Both the position numbers and the translations under genes were made by a program. 64,000 bases of DNA from Microthyrium microscopicum (taxonomy: Eukaryota), in assembly GCA_010405405.1 (NCBI GenBank), contig MU004238.1, positions 11,530-75,529 on the forward strand, read 5' to 3'. Below are positions 63,562 through 64,000 of this stretch, piece by piece. How positions within the stretch are numbered: position 1 is the first letter of the stretch; each line of letters opens with the position of its first letter. The notes beneath the pieces are model-generated. The model ran no database searches, was not told the DNA's origin, and was given only the letters and a program-made list of their open reading frames with translations.

Positions 63562-63793
63562 CCGTAGAGCTGCGTTCAATCCCCTCGCAACGCTAAACCC
63601 AAAGTGCTGGTAGCGTCACTAAATTTAGTGGGCTCTGCCCCAAATGTACGCCTTACCCGTAAAACATGGATTCTATCTACTAAGCAGTATATCCCTTTTG
63701 CGAATGTTTTTGCGCCTCCAAAACTCTAAGCAGCCCTATTTGCCCCTTTGCCAAGTCATTAGCGTTGCGAGGGGATTGAACGCAGCTCTACGG
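63562..63793. mobile_element. MITE (Tc1/mariner-type non-autonomous element), 232 bp, 35-bp perfect TIRs, TA target-site duplication
   Basis: ta|ccgtagagctgcgttcaatcccctcgcaacgctaa (63560-63596) is the exact reverse complement of 63759-63795. No coding capacity inside. Confidence 0.88.
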
Positions 63794-64000
63794 TATGCAA
63801 AATTGTAGAGAAAAGATAAAGGTTGCACGACCAGCTTAGGTCTTACATGTGGTGTCTCAGCTCCAGCATAAACTTCACCTACTTTCCATGCTTCTATATC
63901 ATTCGCCAAGACATCCTGGCTCCTATAAAGCGTGATGGACAGCGGTAAACAATGTTTCAACAGAACGTTTTAGTATTTGCAAAAATATGATTCACATATA

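Overview
Filamentous ascomycete (Pezizomycotina-type) nuclear DNA with short GT-AG introns and CTAAC/CTAAT/CTGAC branch sites, showing a steep left-to-right gradient. (1) ~1-27 kb is a decayed accessory or subtelomere-like zone where I find no intact gene. It holds a palindrome-bearing minisatellite, two GCGC-dense islands, codon-length tandem repeats, a protealysin-like M4 metalloprotease pseudogene, a long coiled-coil pseudogene plus duplicated copies of its 5' end, and a gene with a tandemly duplicated ~90-aa domain I cannot name. Most inactivating stops look like C-to-T changes. (2) ~27-52.5 kb is an accessory gene block: F-box-like/ankyrin protein, Cys-rich uncharacterised protein, Kex2-type secreted protein, phosphatidylserine decarboxylase, frameshifted multi-LysM gene, cutinase with an atypical nucleophile motif, SDR, MFS transporter, and one dead and one intact HET-domain gene. 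(3) ~53-63 kb is core housekeeping (DHH1, HRD1, UNG1 with MCB boxes) plus an S33/TAP-like hydrolase, followed by a 232-bp MITE with perfect TIRs. All calls come from reading the sequence by eye; no database searches were run.
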